From a virus (taxonomy: Duplodnaviria; Caudoviricetes): DNA of 55,708 nucleotides. Shown here one piece after another: positions 54,333-55,708 of this stretch. The notes under the pieces were generated by a model. The model saw only the letters and a list, made by a program, of their open reading frames with translations. It ran no database searches and was not told the origin of the DNA. The first letter of the stretch is position 1, and the number at the start of each line of letters is the position of its first letter. The position numbers and the translations under genes were made by a program. Location of the stretch: the IMG/VR virus record IMGVR_UViG_3300025101_000005, positions 1 to 55,708 of that record; one strand, written 5' to 3'.

Positions 54333-54479
54333 CTATCTGTCGTTGCCGTTCATTCGTCTGCACTCGTCCTCCACACGTGACCTCACACGTGAATGGTAGA
54401 CACACTGTCCAGACCTCGCATGGTAGACGCCCCATCCTCTCGGATGAGACGCCACGTAGTAGTCGTCGCCCCACATCAT
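54333..54479 (-). CDS. hypothetical early microprotein
   Basis: ATGA-coupled start MMWGDDYYV. Confidence 0.55.
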   Translation of the reverse strand: MMWGDDYYVASHPRGWGVYHARSGQCVYHSRVRSRVEDECRRMNGNDR

Positions 54480-54754
54480 TTCCACGTGCCTGACTTGGGT
54501 TCGTATGGGATGAAGACACACTCGCCGTTCTTCCACGTGCCATCAGGGTAGTAGATGACTTCGCCACATCCACCAAACCACTCGATTATCACGAGCATGA
54601 ACAATGCGTAGACGAGCATGAAAGCCGTTAGGTATGCGAGAGCCTTGCCGAAACTACGTAGTAGTCGACCTAGTCTCTTGCGTCGTAGGCGTGTGTTGGT
54701 TATCGACGTTCGTGGAAGTAGCTCGACGAAGTCGTTGTGTCGTTGTTTTCGCAT
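54476..54754 (-). CDS. early membrane protein
   Basis: GGAGG RBS; basic N-terminus, one TM helix, EW..GCGE..Y..DG....GEC.F motif. Confidence 0.7.
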   Translation of the reverse strand: MRKQRHNDFVELLPRTSITNTRLRRKRLGRLLRSFGKALAYLTAFMLVYALFMLVIIEWFGGCGEVIYYPDGTWKNGECVFIPYEPKSGTWK

Positions 54755-54789
54755 GGTATCCTCCGTATGCGTTGATGAAAAAAAAGACC

Positions 54790-54827
54790 AAAAAAAAACC
54801 CCACACCCGTGAGGGTGTGAGGTTTTT
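54790..54827 (-). terminator. intrinsic terminator after the first early gene
   Basis: Minus strand CCTCACACCC-TCAC-GGGTGTGGGG followed by nine T. Confidence 0.85.
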
Positions 54828-54834
54828 GATTCGC

Positions 54835-55239
54835 TTACTTGCGTAATTGCACAAGTGCGTTAAGAAAGCTTGCAAAAGCTTTCTCGTCCATGCCGTTCAC
54901 TTGCGAAGCAAGGTCGGACAGTACATTCGGCTGTGAAGCCTTCGGCTTTGCCTTGGCTTTCGCTTTCGGCTTTGCCGTCGTCTTCGGCTTGGCTGGGGTT
55001 GCTTTAGCAACCTTCGCCCATGCAACCCTTGCCTCGTCGCCAGTCGAGGCGTATGCGTTGATGCGAGCAGTGTCGTTGCCCTTTAGGGCTTTGAGCAAGT
55101 TGCCCCAACGCTTACGCTTGGAAGACTTCGTCTTCGTCTCCACGTAAGCCACGAGTTCAGCTTTCACCTTCTGCGACTTTGTCGTGGAAAACTGCTTCGC
55201 AACTTCGGTAGCTGATGGGTTTGTGTTTGCATGTGTCAT
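54835..55239 (-). CDS. first early gene, basic protein with histone-H1-like AKP segment
   Basis: GAGGAG RBS before MTHANTN; AKATPAKPKTTAKPKAKAKAKPKA. Confidence 0.75.
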   Translation of the reverse strand: MTHANTNPSATEVAKQFSTTKSQKVKAELVAYVETKTKSSKRKRWGNLLKALKGNDTARINAYASTGDEARVAWAKVAKATPAKPKTTAKPKAKAKAKPKASQPNVLSDLASQVNGMDEKAFASFLNALVQLRK

Positions 55240-55323
55240 GTGAGTTCTCCTCGTGCGTTGGTTGAGAACCTCGTGTGTAACGCACAGAACACGTCGAGGT
55301 TGAACCGAGAAAATCGGCTCACC

Positions 55324-55349
55324 ATAAAAGTTCCTTCGGAACCGCACGT
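55324..55349 (-). promoter_or_regulatory. early leader element ACGTGCG-N6-AAGGAACTTTTAT, copy 1
   Basis: Same blocks and spacing as 53574-53599; upstream of the first early gene. Confidence 0.65.
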
Positions 55350-55352
55350 GAG

Positions 55353-55383
55353 GGACGACTCGCCGTCTCGTTCCGTCTAAACT
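55353..55383 (+). promoter_or_regulatory. phage late promoter motif GGACGAC-N18-TAAACT (terminase operon)
   Basis: Consensus spacing; points across the contig junction into terS. Confidence 0.7.
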
Positions 55384-55389
55384 GCTGAA

Positions 55390-55625
55390 ATGATTACACA
55401 TGCGTTACTTTCAGGCATTGTTCAGAGCCTACCGAGGCTAAAATTGAAAATTTTAGCACGCACACGTAGGAAAAACCCCTACATAGGGAGTCAAAACCCT
55501 TGTAGAACAAGGGTTTACATGCGTTATGTGACTGATTTGTGCCTGAAACACGTGCAAGACGAGGCTGGGGGGAGGGGGTCATCCCGCCCGCCACTCGCAT
55601 TGCACTATTGTCACCTCCCCTACCC
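55390..55625 (+). ncRNA. candidate structured RNA or DNA secondary-structure element
   Basis: Nested perfect inverted repeats: 55409-17/55540-48, 55437-45/55449-57, 55494-503/55507-16, 55489-93/55529-33, 55552-57/55600-05. Confidence 0.45.
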
Positions 55626-55708
55626 AACAAATAATCGGAGCAAAAATTGAAAACGTCTGAAAAAAGAAGTACAAAGAAGTGCGAACGGTGCGAAAAGGAC
55701 TTTTATGT
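55610..55708. repeat. 99-bp terminal direct repeat, copy 2
   Basis: Identical to bases 1-99. Confidence 0.95.

Noticed and set aside
55240-55650. ORFs 55390-55650 (+), 55394-55630 (-) and the upstream extension of 54835-55401
   Set aside because: No RBS and atypical composition. The region is better explained by promoter elements and inverted repeats.

Overview
The window is a complete, circularly assembled genome (bases 1-99 recur at 55610-55708) of a ~55.6 kb podovirus-like tailed phage. The host is probably a marine bacterium, possibly an Alphaproteobacterium (inference from the gene families). Layout: (1) plus-strand late arm, 38-36993: terminases, portal, tail-fibre/receptor-binding cassette, scaffold, SU10-type capsid, tail tube, three ejection proteins, a 3195-aa polyvalent protein with zincin and ADP-ribosyltransferase-like motifs, nuclease, holins and an M15 endolysin; (2) minus-strand recombination block, 37028-40609: Cas4-like exonuclease, DUF669-type SSB, Sak4-like ATPase; (3) plus-strand replication/regulation block, 40721-46485: Cro-like protein, primase-polymerase/helicase, resolvase and an operon of tiny basic proteins; (4) minus-strand, GC-richer early arm, 46471-55239: tyrosine integrase, MoxR-type AAA+/vWA pair and small genes. 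I recognised no family A/B DNA polymerase, RNA polymerase, sigma factor, methyltransferase, tRNA or CRISPR array. The strongest unexplained signals are: a phage-specific promoter-like motif GGACGAC-N18-(-10 box) before most late units; a densely base-paired non-coding region before terS; an operon of at least 7 Lys/Arg-rich microproteins (some missed by the ORF track) around one acidic gene; a 26-nt element repeated in two early leaders; symmetric promoter/operator elements; and apparent genome-wide avoidance of GATC, CCGG, CGCG and GGWCC. All calls are by-eye motif recognition; no searches or folding programs were run.
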